64,000 nucleotides of DNA, taken from Camelus dromedarius. Lineage: Eukaryota. The first letter of the stretch is position 1, and each line of letters begins with the position of its first letter. Made by a program: the position numbers and the translations under genes. The notes under the pieces were generated by a model that was not told the origin of the DNA, made no database searches, and worked only from the letters and a program-made list of their open reading frames with translations. This document shows positions 41,663 through 54,648 of the stretch, in pieces. The stretch lies in contig NC_087447.1 in assembly GCF_036321535.1 (NCBI RefSeq), positions 44,084,001 through 44,148,000 on the forward strand, given 5' to 3'.

Positions 41663-43677
41663 CTGCGAGAAGCACAGAGGGAAGTGAGACCCTCAGTTGT
41701 GAGGCTTAATTTGCTTATTCCCAGGAGAGAGGCCCAGGTATTTGAGCCTTTTTTTCTGAGCCTTTTCTATCTACAATCTAGGATGCCCACAGGAAGATCT
41801 AACATTAACAGTAGAAACAGATGGGATTTCTTAATGAACAGAACAAAAAAAACGCAAGTGAAACTGCTTTCTCCCACAAACAGGTTGCTTTCTAACAAAC
41901 TTCCCAAATCTAGGGCATAAACACTTATTTCTACCAATGGACATAAGCTTTCCCAAGGAACCCGCAGATCTCTAGGCTTTCAATTTCTAATGTATTTTTG
42001 ACATAAAAATGCTTTCCAGGAATCTGTCTCAAAGTGTTATCTCCAAGGAAGATAGCTACACACAAAAAGATATTTCTTTCAGGTCCTTTGTAGGGTATTT
42101 AAGAGCATTCACGATCTGGCCTTGTGTTCTCTTTCCATACTTTGTCTCACCCATTTTCCCACCATACACGTCCAGTTTCTCCCAAATATACCACATCTAT
42201 CTGCATTTCCCTTCTTTTCACTCCTTTCCTTCTGCCTAGGAAATCTGCACATAACAAAATCTTCTTTATCTTTTAAGCCTAAAGAAACTCAGTTTCTTCC
42301 ATCCCATTCCTTGCTCCCTGGGACTTCTGCCATATCCTTGTAACAACAGATGGAATGTAGTATAGTTGGCTTTGTATTTTTTTCCCTGCCATCGGCATTT
42401 TGTGAGTTACCCAAGGACAAAAGCATCACCTGAGAAATAACCTTTAGTCCTCTGAGCATGTAGCTCATATTTGGCGTAAATACTGGCTGAGAGAACTGGC
42501 ATGTGCCCACAGAGGCTGCGAAGGCAGCTAAGAAAGCAGTGTGTCCAGGCGTTACAGCAATGCTTACATGCATAGGTCACTTAGAAAGTATGTCTCTGTA
42601 AATTACATGATGGCACTGGATTAAGTGATAAACTCCATTAAGTATAATTTTGTCTTCCAGTTGAATAATCATCAAGGAAACCAAAGAATCACATCATAAC
42701 CCATACCCCATACATTTCCAAAAGGAAGTACAGATGCTTATTGGGCCGAAGAGTTGAATCATCGTAGTGTTTACGGATGTGTTACACCGTAGTGTTTACC
42801 ACAATGTTTACAATCAACTACTAAACTCATTTGGAAATCTGATTCTCATGAGTCAGTCGTCAGCCCAAGCACCTCTGGGTATACCAACGATCTTCAGTTT
42901 AGAGTTCTAGCAAAGCAATGCTGGGGTTGGACCCTTAGTGACTCACCCAGGCTGCTAGTCCCACGGGAGGCCCTGGTGGGAAATGAGCTAAGATCTCTAA
43001 GTGACATCTCTCTCTTGCTTCACACTAGCCACAATATTTACCTAGTGAAACATTAAACATCGTGTAGCCATTAAAATAATAATTGTATGTAAGTACTTAA
43101 ATGTGCTTCTGAAGTCTATCATGTAAAAAGGAAACTTCTAAGTCTGCACAGTGGTCACAACTACACAGACGCACATCGCGCACATGGACGTGCGCCCACT
43201 ACCAGAGGAAGAGAGAACGTGAGGGGAGCAAAACTCTTTGCTGTTTGAGAATGACTGGATTGCTGCATATTTTAAAAAACTTCCCTTCCCAGCTTCTTTA
43301 GACGCTGACCGAATTACAAGCCTGAGTTTAAGAGAGAAAAACCAGTGAGCACAGTTTCAGCTTCATGGATGTGCGGCAGAAGACACAGAGTAGACTCCCT
43401 GGAGCATGACTAAGGGGAAAAAAAAAACGGCTAAAGCTCGGCCTGGTGTCCCCGGTGCTCCTTACCTGAGGGAAGCCGACTGTCGTCACTGCAGTAATTG
43501 TTTAAGGAAAATCGGACCCACAGACTTCCCCAGCCTGTCTCACAGAATGAGGGGGAGAGGGAATCGGCTGTGGATTCTATTCTCTGACAGCTAATCGGCT
43601 CCCTGCCTTTCCTGCTGCATCCCCCCTGCCCTCACAGTACTTAAAGCGATGCAGACGGGAGGCCACGGAAAACCTAC

Positions 43678-43848
43678 TCCAGGGCCTGGAGATGGCAGCC
43701 TGGACGCCGGAAGACTTCGCACAGAAGCTTCACTCCGTCGTCTCGCAGGCAGTTTGACCCCAGGTCCAGGTGCGTCAGGCTCCTGTTGCGCAGGAGCGAG
43801 GCAGAGAGACACTCACTGCTGAGTGACGAGAAGTGGCAGCGCCTCAGC
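43678..43848 (-). CDS. NLRP14: NLRP14 exon 9 (LRR, 171 nt)
   Basis: ctctccacAG|...|GTAGGT; LRRCHFSSLSSECLSASLLRNRSLTHLDLGSNCLRDDGVKLLCEVFRRPGCHLQALE. Confidence 0.93.
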
Positions 43849-45159
43849 CTGTGGAGAGGATGGCGAGGGAAGACGGGGTCACTGCTCAGAGCCCTGTATC
43901 TTTAGGAAGGTTTCACATTACCGTCCTGTATCCACTTGCCAGCACTGCATCTCAGACCTAAGGCCCTCCTCCCTCGCTGCCTCTTTGGCTGTCTCACTTG
44001 GGTACTTAGGTTGGTACCAGATTTGGCTACAAAACTGGAATCACATTCTTCAGAATTATAAATAACACATTAACATCTTTACATCACTCATAAATACAGT
44101 GTTCTACTGCAGAAGCAGCTGCCTGGAGCGGAGGCGCAGGCACGCAAAGTAGGATGGGCGCAATCGTAATACAATAAGGACTTTCTGTGCATGGGAAAAG
44201 TGGCACTTCCCACCAGAAGGGAAAAGATGTATTCGGATGTAAATGAAGTGCAGATGATAGGCCTGATGTACGGGGGAAAGAAAGTTTAAGTTATAACACA
44301 ATACATTTGGAATAATTTAACATTTAAATGTTAAAAATTCATCCGCAAAGAGTAGGAAAAAGATGATAGAAGTGGATTAAAAAAAAAGATTTCCAATTAT
44401 GAAAAAACTTCTAGAAGTCATGCAGGGGGGAGGTAATTTGACCTCACAGAAGTTTTGAATGTCTGTAGTCTAAAAATGACCATAAAAGAAATACAGCAAC
44501 ATGCCAGGTAAGTTACTTATAATATATAAAAAAATAGCAATAATGTAATAGTAATAATATATATATTAATATATAATATAATTAATAACATAGCCTATAA
44601 AACAGAAAATATCCAGGAGAAAACACCTTATGAAGAGGCAATTCCTAGAATATTAAAGGTTAACATTTGAAAAGATGTTCAACATCAAATGATTTCAAAA
44701 GTTATTTTAAACTATCTAATTAATATTGACCAAAAGGATTAGAGAGACATAGTGAAGATATTAAACAATGCAGGCCCCTGAACTGCAGAGGGAATGCACA
44801 CAAGCGATCTGGGATGGGTGGACTTTAGGCCTGAATCCATCATTTTCTTGGAAGCATCATGCAAGCTGCATAATCTTTCTATGCCTCACATTCCTTATTG
44901 TTCAGTGAGGCATTTCAAACTCAAGTGGCTAATCTGACACCAACAGGTGCTTTTGTGCCGATTAAATTTTGCACAGGGCTCAGCACAGAGTAAGGACATA
45001 ATAAATGGCAATGATTAATATCATCTTCATCATCTTCACTGTCGTTAGGGATAACAGGAGAGAAAAAAGCAAGGGACAGAATATGTTCATAATATTTTTC
45101 CATTTTAAATGTATGTCAGAAGGTCTGTTATATTGGAAGGATGAAAACTAGTAGCTTAC

Positions 45160-45330
45160 ACAAGGCTCTGTAGAGTGCACTGTGGATGTTTCAAGGCATG
45201 GCTAATAAGCTTGACTCCACCATCTCCCAAGACGTTGTCCGCCAAGCATAAATGTGTCAGCCGTTCATTGCTGATGAGAGCCAAAGACAGATCCTCACAG
45301 CCAGCTGCCGTGAGGCCACAGTGTTCTAAG
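45160..45330 (-). CDS. NLRP14: NLRP14 exon 8 (LRR, 171 nt)
   Basis: tccttcAG|...|GTAAGC; LEHCGLTAAGCEDLSLALISNERLTHLCLADNVLGDGGVKLISHALKHPQCTLQSLV. Confidence 0.95.
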
Positions 45331-45747
45331 CTGAAGGAGAAATACAGATGGGGAGGGAAGAGAAGGTTCATGCTTCTCTTCTCCTTCACAGGGAAGCTAG
45401 CTGGTACTTACAACCCCTCCATCTCTACTCCAGAAGCAGCCTCGGCAGACCTACTTTAATTATGAATTCCATTGCAGCTATGGACAGGGTCTGATGAGAT
45501 AAACAGAGGAGGAGAAAAGAGAAGCCTGGAAAGGAATGAAAGTAAGAAGTCTGTCATTAAAAAAAGTGTCTCTTAAGAGTCAAGTCAAAGAGGAATGCAG
45601 GTAGACAAAGAAAAGGAGGCAGTCATCCAGGACTGACGGATCAGCCAGTTAGTGTCAAGCCCCAAGCAGCTTCCCCGTTCAGATCATAACGGAAGTATAC
45701 AAGACTGCACAGAATGACTCTACAGAAAACAGTAGAGAAAGACTCAC

Positions 45748-45918
45748 GACAGTCTCTCCAGGTAACACTTTGAATGCATCAAGGCCTCGCACAACAGCAT
45801 CACTCCGTCATCCAGTAGGTTATTAGTCGATAGATTCAGAGATCTCAGGCTCTGGCTTCTGATGAGAGCCTTAGAGATATTTAGACAACAAACCGTAGTT
45901 AGGCTGCAGGATTCCAAG
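45748..45918 (-). CDS. NLRP14: NLRP14 exon 7 (LRR, 171 nt)
   Basis: ttttccAG|...|GTGAGT; LESCSLTTVCCLNISKALIRSQSLRSLNLSTNNLLDDGVMLLCEALMHSKCYLERLS. Confidence 0.95.
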
Positions 45919-46795
45919 CTGGAAAACAATACAGAAAATTAGAAATGACCACTCCACAGAGAATTATTATAACACCCACTCACTTAGCCAGAGGGTGTGA
46001 TTTCTCAGTTGTTGGGACCTGTTCTGAAAATCTGGCTTCTCTACATCAAATGAGAATGATTTACCTAAAGCCCGGGGCTCTGCTAGAGTTAGGAAGGGTA
46101 GGGGGGAGGGTAGGGAGCTTCCCTCTTCCATCTCCACCTCCCTAACTCCCTACAAAATATGTATGAAAACATTAAAAAATATTTTTAAATGGTCATTTTT
46201 TTGAATCTGGGAGGAATTTCCTTTAACCGCATCATGGAAGAAGATGGACTGAAGGAGTGTACCCCTTCACTCTTTGACTTTGAGGCAGAACAGAGTTGGG
46301 CTGGAAAGCAGGGGCAAAAGCGGGGACTCCCACAGAACTCTCTGCCCAGAGCTCATTTCTTCATGGGAGCCAACCTGCGTTTTCTGAGGAACCCCATCCT
46401 TAACAGTGAAAACAAGAAATTAATAAAATGGTTTCTAAAAATAAAGTAAAAGAGGAAGGGAAGCAGAAAGAGAAAAGAAGAAGTACATGGAGAGCCCCTG
46501 TTTTTACAGACTCATATTTAGCAACAACTTGGGTCTGGGCGTGGCTGGGCATAATGTCAGCTGCTTGTAAGAAGACTCAGGCAGCGGCACTCCTGGAACT
46601 TGGACTTGGACTTGTTCCATTTATTGATTTTGAGGACTTATCAACTTGAGTGCCTTCAGAATTGTTTCCCTTCATCAAAATCAGAGCATAGAGAGGTCAG
46701 AACAGGGGAAGCTCCCACCTCAATCCAGAATTAGACCTTATTGGACGACCTAGAACATGGCTTAAGGCTGAAAGCCTCAGCTTGCTCTGAAGAGG

Positions 46796-47188
46796 TGTTA
46801 TGGACCGAATTGTCTTCCCCCTGATTTGCATGTTGAAGCCCTAACCCCCACCCCCCACCAATGTGACTGTATATGGAGAGAGGGCCTCTCAGGAGGTAAT
46901 TAAGGCTAATGAGGTCTTAAGAATGGACCCCTAACCCAGTAGTACTTGATGTCCTCATAAGAAGAGGAAGAGACATCAGGGGTGAGCACACGCACAGAAA
47001 GGCCATGTGAGGACCCAATGATGAGGCAGCTGTCCATAGGCAAGGAGAGGGGCCTTACCAGAAACTGACCCTGCCAGCACCCTGATCATGAACTTCCAGC
47101 CTCCAGAACTGTGAGAAATAAATTTATATTCTTTAATTCACCAAGTCTGTGGGGTATTTTGTTACGGCAGCCAGAGCAAACTCATACA
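46796..47188 (+). mobile_element. MLT1A/B-type MaLR solo LTR
   Basis: tgttatggaccgaattgt...gttgaagccctaacccc...ttccagcctccagaactgtgagaaataaattt...aaactcataca; near-perfect 5-bp TSD agagg/aaagg. Confidence 0.9.
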
Positions 47189-50100
47189 AAAGGGTTTTTA
47201 TTATATCAGCATCAGGCAGTTAGGGAAACTTATACACTGTGTTTGGATAGAGCTCTTTTAGACAGAAAAGAGATTCCAATATTATGGGACCTGTGGATAA
47301 AATGTTAAAGTTTACAGAAAGAGAGTATTACACTAAGGAACAGAAAATAAACACACATATAAAACCCAAAAACTAGGAAATGGAAGAAAGTGTTTAGAAA
47401 GGTCTGCTTTACATTTTAAATGTACAGGAAGATGACGACTCTGTGAAATGAGAAGAGCACTTCGTGAGTGGAGACGACAGTGAGAAAGGGAGCAGGTTTA
47501 AGATAAAAGAGTGCAACGAAATTAGAAGCAGCAACACTGAGATCTGCATTTGAGGCAATAAAGAGCAAAATCATTATGAATAAATCTGAGAGACTCTGCA
47601 AGAAGGAAGGGAGAAAAAGATGAGGACAAAAAAAAAGAGTTATATACGAAAAGAGCTACAACTAATGACTATTAAATGCTCTTGAAAAACAGAGAAACAG
47701 AAATGGTGACAGCATGTGCAAGAGAGTGAGCCCTGAAACCATTTTAAAACTCCCATTTAAAGAAATTATTTCTGAGAAGGGGGGAAAAAAAACCTTATGA
47801 GCAGATCAAAAGTAATAAAATGTGAAAGTAATTTAAAAAATCCTGAGGACACAAATGAGAAAGTAAACACTACAGTTGGGAAGGTGGGAGGGAGTTAAGG
47901 GGTTGAAGTGTCAGGTTATCCTCAGACTTCTCTCTAGAACACTAAATGCTGGAAATTACCGTAGCAAAGTCAGTGTTAAGAACAAAGTGGAGGCCTGAGA
48001 CCCAGACACGTTGTCATTCATCTACAAAGGGGATCAAAGGGTGTAAAGAAAGTCATAAAATGCATCCTTCACATGCTGCATGAAAATGTTAATTTAAAAC
48101 TGTATCAGCCAATGATGCACTGAATCAAAATTAAGAGTTTGTACAGTGGGAAAGGTGAATTTAAGAAAACAAAACCAAAAAGCTAGCAGTATACATTGAT
48201 TTAAAACTATGTGCATAGAATTAATCTAAGTAACTGTTGTATTCAGGTGCATTGCCATGATAAAAAGTCAGAAGTTTTGGAAGAGTTCAAAGTGTAAAAT
48301 GTCTAGCCCTTGTAATCCTAGATTAAATTAACTTACCGGAAATTGTACCACAGAGGTATACTAAATGTTTTGCCTTACGTAAGGGTATTTTAAATGTTGT
48401 GATCCTTTTGAATTTGATCAAGTATTTATTTGGGGAAGAAAACCCTGAAGGGCGGTAACTAATAATCACCAATTAAATTAAAATCAGGCAATATAACCTG
48501 CAAATTTCTGGACATAGCTGGACACAAACCAAAAATGAAACAAAACGTAGCTCATCTGTGAAGCAAAAAATAGAAAATGGCACTGAAAACATTAAAAAAT
48601 GCTTCTAACTGGAGATATAAATAGTAGATGTCCTAGAGTCCTTTTGTTCAATAATCTGTTTTGCTCTTATCCTTTCTGTATTATAAATTTGAGTTTCTCG
48701 AACTCTCTCCTTTTCTTAGTGCCAATTAATAGAATTTCAGCTATGGACCTCCTAATGTCTGACAAATGGAATCTGAGCCCCATAAAAAGAAAATATTCCC
48801 TCTTTCCTTTGCAACTGCAAAGAAAAGCAGAGATGGTATCACAAGTCAGAAAATATTTTTTAAAATAGTTTTGCTTTCTTTTATTGTTTTATCATAACAA
48901 GGGAATCTTATAAGATACCTAGACCTTATGAGATTATTGATTGCGCCCCAGTGACCACCCACACTGGGAAAACATCTAGTCCTACATAACGCAGTGTTAG
49001 ATTATTACAAATCTCTCATGACTTCTGCCACCAAAACATTCTATTCACTGGTGCAAGAGCCCTACTAGTTGGCTCGGAGAGATGGTTTCCTATCTGAAAG
49101 CCTGGTAACTGGGTCTACATGAAGGGTCATCACTGGAATACATTGTTCAAGTCCCAGCTGATGAAAGGGATAATAGCAAGTCCTGCCTATCTGGCAAGTG
49201 CCACGGCATTCTGTCTTGGATCCGTGGCTCTCACTGGAGGAGAACATCTTTCCCTCTGTTTAACACATCTTTGCTGCTAACATGTTTATGATTAGACAGA
49301 GGAACCCGTGACCTACTTCTCACTGGGGTTCCAGACCAGAGGCTGCAGGTTACAGAAAATCTCTCAAAATGTCCTAAACCTGCTTCATAGTTGGTAAAAC
49401 CCACACCCCAACCTGGCTTGCTGACAACTGAACACATGGTCAAGAATTACCCAGCACCTTTCCAGGCACACTGTGAGTTGCATCCTGTAAAAACTAGTGA
49501 AACTCTTAAAAAAAAAAATTCCCCAATGGTAACAGAATTCATCTGCCTATTGTCAAAAAGAAGGTCTTGGTTCAGATTTTTCTTGGCATCTTTTTCTACA
49601 CATACATTATAATTTGCTTCCCACAAATACAGACCTACTTTGGTCCTTCCTGCATCAAGGTTCAGTCTTGTGCCCCCTGAACTGGATCTAGGGATTCCAA
49701 AATTTCTAAGGTAAAACTTACTATAATGATTTTTTTGTTTGTTTTGCTTTTTTTGGGTTGGTTTTATTTTGTCAGAAACTGATTTAAATGTCTTTCATTG
49801 GAAAATAAGATTTTTCTCGAAACCTGTCACACGATGTGGAGACCAAGCATGATTGCTAATCTTTTCACTTTCGTAGAGAAAGGAAATCAGGCCCATCACT
49901 AGTGTGTGGTAGGGAGCAGGCACCTGGACAGTTGCCACACTGTTCTTCCTCAACTTTCTGTGCTGCTCACTGAGTTGCAGTGATGGGTGAGGGAGATTCA
50001 GTGTCAAAAATCAAGTAAAACTGAGCCTGCCTCAGCACTGCCCTCAGCTACTGCTTGTGCAGCCTTTTCTGTGAGAGTTCAAAGATATAATGACTATAGC

Positions 50101-50416
50101 TGTTCCAGCATCTAAATATGAAAAAATATGAAAAATTTATAAATTCTGGGTCTCCTCTCCCTTTTTTTCCCCCCAGATTTAGGAGATGGAGACACAGAGA
50201 ACTATACAATGAGGGGCCTTCAGTGGGGGGCGGGGGGAGTTAGAAGTCCTATCAGGAGGAAATAAGCCTGAATCTACGAATCCCCACTCTTTCATACCAA
50301 GAAAGTAGATCTAAGCTAGCCCTGTGAACGGCAAGTCCAGGCTGTAAGAATCTATTTGGCAGACGAAAGTCTCAATTATAAACACACGCACACACACGCA
50401 GAAACTCATGACTTAC

Positions 50417-50584
50417 CTCAGGTTCTGTAGTTTACACTCCGGGTGTTTCAAGGCATCACATAGTGACTTTACTCCATTATCCCCTATATCGCTCCCTTTC
50501 AGGTCAAGATGCATCAGGTTCTGGTTGTGAGTCAAAGAACTAGAGATATCCTGACAAGCGTCAGGGAAAGAAATAAATCTCAAC
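50417..50584 (-). CDS. NLRP14: NLRP14 exon 6 (LRR, 168 nt)
   Basis: ccttctgaAG|...|GTAAGT; LRFISFPDACQDISSSLTHNQNLMHLDLKGSDIGDNGVKSLCDALKHPECKLQNL. Confidence 0.95.
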
Positions 50585-52019
50585 CTTCAGAAGGAAAACA
50601 CACAAGAGGGATTACAAAATCATCTCTGTCCCTGGTTCCAACATCCCTTTCCTTTCCAGCACAGCTCCGAGATACTATCTAAATATTCCTGCCATCTCTT
50701 ATCTTACACTGGGTTACTCCTGTTTCAGGTCAAGGTCGTAAATTCAAGCTTCAGGATGTTGCTTAGGAAAAAAATGGGTTACAACTTAAATGTCCATTAT
50801 ATCCTGACAACTGATACTCTCAACTTTTTTTTTTTCTTTTGACTCTAAAGGCAAAGAAAGTGTGGCATCAGGAAAAGCAGAAGAGAAGTTTTTGAACTCT
50901 TAGTCCCAGGAATGAGGACCGAAAATTATCGAGGCCATTCCTAATACTGCAATCACAACATTAATCCATATATTAATCCTTTAAATAACCCAACATGAGT
51001 TCACAGTTAATATCAACTATTTGATGTGCATCATTAGCAAAATACATTATTGCAAAATATTCCCTGTCATCTCGTGGACTTTGTTAGGTGTAGAGACAAC
51101 CCAAAGCAAAATATGAAGGAAGTTAAATCTGCCAATTTTTCTTCCTGTTTTCCATCTCTTAGTCATTGTTAGCTATATCTGATTCTTCTATAGTGCCTCT
51201 GCTGGCTCCAGATGCCCAGTGTGTTCCTACTGCTAACTTTTCAAAAACTTCCCTTTGTGATCTCACCTCCCCTCACTTCTGAAGATCACTCACCCTTTGC
51301 CCTCACCCTCCATCCAGCCAAGCACATCAAGAAAATAAAGCTTTTACCCATTTAGAGTGCTCACCATCATCTCTAGTAAAAGTTCCCAATGCACTCACTA
51401 AACCTAAGTTGAAAGTACAGTGTCACTTGTTAAGGAAGAGTGATTTGAGTAAGGCAGGCCAGACTAAGGTGGGAAAGACTGAGAGCTGCCCTCATGGAGC
51501 CGTCCCCCGAGAGACCCTTGCATTCTAAAAGAGGAAGCCATTTAACCCGAAAGAAGCACTAGCTACTGTTAGGATCTGGGTTGGGGGCATTCAGTGAAGG
51601 GACACTGTGCGGGAGATGAATGGGGGGTGAGTGAAAAGGATTCCAGGAACGCCTTCATTGTAACGTGTGTGTAACTGCCTCCCATACCTACATGCAAGAC
51701 CTGACCTAATCTAGTCGCTTAAAATCTAAGGTCAGATCTCACGAAAAACACTGAGATTTTATGGGCAGTATTTAGGGGGAAGCCTGTTCCCCATAAAATA
51801 ACATTAATCAACAGTGCTAATGGAAACAAGTATCTTATCGATTGTTCAGCATTTGGTACATACTGCTGAGCCCTGAGCACGTCGATGAGCACAGAACACA
51901 AAAGAGAATAGGATCAGTTCCAGCTCTTAGCAGAGCCAATAGACAAAGAGAGGGAGACCTGTAAATGACCAAGTGTAAGAAGGTAGTAGGGTATCTAGAA
52001 TCAAATTAAGATATAATAA

Positions 52020-52700
52020 AAATTTTTAAAAGGACATAGCAAATGTTGGCGAGGATGAGGAGCAGCTGGAACTGTCATATACTGCTGGTGGGACTATACA
52101 ATGGTAAAATCACTTTGAAGAATTGGTTGGCAATTTCTTAAACAGTTAAACATACATCTATGAGCTAACAATTCCATTCCTAAGTATTAGACCAAGAGAT
52201 GAAAACATCTATCACACACAATAGATTTGTACAAGAATATTCAAGGAAGCCTTATTCATAATTGCCCCAAACTGGAAACAACCCAGGGGCCATTAACAAG
52301 AGAATGAATAAGCAAGCTGTAGTATAGCATACTATGGAATGCTAATCAGAATGAGAAGAAAGAAACAATTGAAATAGCAGTGACATGAATAAATTTTTAA
52401 AAATATTTTGTTGAGCAAAAAAAATGGACAGAAAAATATATATACTGTATGAATCCATTTAAAAGATTTCCAAGAACAGACAAAACTAATCTAAAGTGAT
52501 AGAGGTTAGCAAGTGGTTGCCTTTGGGACTGGGCAGGGTGAGAGGAGTGAATACAGAAAGGACTACAGGGAAACTTCACGAGTAGATGTAATTACTTTCT
52601 TGCTTGTTTGGGGTATTGGTTACACAGGTGTATGCAACTGTCAAAACTCAATGAACTGGACACTTCATATCTGTGCACTGTATTGAATGGAAAAAAAAAT
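52020..52700 (+). mobile_element. L1ME-like 3' end
   Basis: 'aaatgttggcgaggatgaggagcagctggaact...ccccaaactggaaacaaccc...gtcaaaactcaatgaact'. Confidence 0.85.
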
Positions 52701-53021
52701 AGTATATTCCAGAATTTGTTTAGACAATGCCTTGTTGACTTCCCTAGAATGCCTTAGCTCTGTGCTCCTCTCCATGTAGAAAATTCCTAACCAAGCCTCA
52801 AAGACCCAGGTCAACTGCTACTACGTTCTGTGTAATCTTTCTCAGAACAAGTTAGCTATGCTCCCCCGTCCCCAGAGCTTTCCGCAATTCATGTTCTTAG
52901 AGTATTTTACCCAGTAGACTTTAATTATCTGTTTACTGTTGGTTCCCTTTAATAGGACTGGGAGGTGGGATAAAGAAAGAAAGTACAATGGCTCCATTAT
53001 GTTTTCTCATGTCAGACTTAC

Positions 53022-53192
53022 AGTAGTTTTTGTAGTTTACAGTCTGGATGCCTTAGTTCTTGATTAAAAGTCTTCATTGCTAATTTATCAAGGTTGCTAT
53101 GACACAGGTCCAGTTCTCTCAAATGTTCATTTGTATGAAGCACAGAACAGAGATCTTGCCACCAACGAGTAATGCGACCACCATCCCTTTGC
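53022..53192 (-). CDS. NLRP14: NLRP14 exon 5 (171 nt; alternative in-frame acceptor would give 165 nt from 53186)
   Basis: tcatttAG|GCAAAG|GGATGGT...|GTAAGT; (W)QRDGGRITRWWQDLCSVLHTNEHLRELDLCHSNLDKLAMKTFNQELRHPDCKLQKLL. Confidence 0.93.
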
Positions 53193-53559
53193 CTAAATGA
53201 TTGGAAAAAGAGACCAACAAATCTATTTCAGCCTAGGCAGCTCTCCGAAGATGGTACAGGATGAAAGTAAGTGTATTTGGAAGTGGTAAGACCACCCAGT
53301 GCAGCTCTGGCTTGAACACCATCCCCAGGAAGTCTTCCTCTTGGCACTCCAGGGGTTTTATTGGCCCAATAGAACGCTCCCGCCATCCCTGCAACACATA
53401 CAGAATTAAAAACTAGGGTGAATTCACATTAAAAGAAGAGATTCAAGAAGGACAAGAGAGAACTCTCCAAATACCTGAAGAGCCAGTATCAAGAAGAAAA
53501 ATAATATATAAGCACAAGGAGTAAGATTAGAAAAAGCGGGTAGACATTAGGAGACTGGC

Positions 53560-54030
53560 GTAGATTAAGAAGCACCGGCTGTGAGCTCCAGTTCTGCCAC
53601 TTACTAGCTGTGTCACTTTAAGCAAGTTCCATCAGTTCTCTGAGCTCCACATTTTCTTCATCTACAAAATGCAAATGCCATCTCCCTTCACTGGGCTGTA
53701 AGGGTTTAATAGTCAATTTCAGTGGGTACACAAAAGCACTGTGTAAATTTTGAAGTGGTGTCCAATTTAATTCCTGGGCTTATCATCAATAGGCTCATTT
53801 AAACAGTTAAAGAGTAATAAGGAATAAAATAGAAGATAGCCTAGTGATTTTAAGCATAAGCTCTAGAATGGGACAGTCCAGAATCCCAGCTCCACCGTTC
53901 ACTAAACTGGGTGATTTTGGCCATATTACTAACCTATCTTCATCTTAAAAAATAAAGGTAATAGTCTCCATTTCTTAGGATTACTGTAAAGAATAAGTAA
54001 GACAATCTATAGAGAATGTTTAGTGAATGT
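53560..54030 (+). mobile_element. Two MIR SINEs
   Basis: 'cagttctgccacttactagctgtgtcactttaagcaagtt...' and 'gaatcccagctccaccgttcactaaactgggtgattttggcc'. Confidence 0.75.
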
Positions 54031-54131
54031 TTCATGTTATAAATGTTATAAATCCTAACAATTTGAGAGCTCCTATTATTTATATTAAAACACATAAAAG
54101 TCTAGCATGCTGCCTTATATATTATAGCTAC

Positions 54132-54648
54132 TGTAGGGGAGGAAAAGTATCTTTTCCCCTCTGTTCCCCTGGGTTCTGTGAATGGGGCCCTGTAAATGAG
54201 ACTGACAAAAGATATCGTAAGAGAAAAGCGTACAAATTGTATTAGCATGTGCACTGCAGCTTCACGTGGGAGAAACTCAGTTCTGAGTAACTCAAAGGAG
54301 TGGTTAGAGTTTGGGGTCCATAGGCCTAAATTACTATGGGAAAGGCATGGGGAGAAAGGGCACTTATAGAGAAACAAATGACTTTTTAGGAAGATAAACG
54401 GGCCCCTAGGAGAATAGATGGGAGGTATGGTCATTGTTGACAATGTCTATCGGGGTGTGGTGCCAACTTCTGTCTCCAAGAAGACAAGATTAGAACTGCT
54501 CTGGGGAGGGGATTTATGACAACTGAGTTCTTTTGGGAGGACTGCTTTTAGGCAGACAAGGGATTTCAGGAAATTAAATGCCTTCAGTGTAAGATAATTC
54601 TTCAGTAAAAGCTGTATATTTTGAAGTGGCGTGTACTGATCCTCTCTA
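54132..54648 (-). mobile_element. ERV1-type (MER34/MER39-like) solo LTR
   Basis: 'tgtagggggaggaaaa...gactgacaaaaga' and 'aatgccttcagtgtaagataattc...tattttgaagtggcgtgtactgatcctct', typical of the antisense strand of this LTR group. Confidence 0.65.

Noticed and set aside
42763..42810. Short direct repeat cgtagtgtttac x2 (and similar micro-duplications, e.g. ~12920-12950)
   Set aside because: Only two or three short copies, consistent with slippage; no array or CRISPR-like repeat-spacer structure anywhere in this eukaryotic window.
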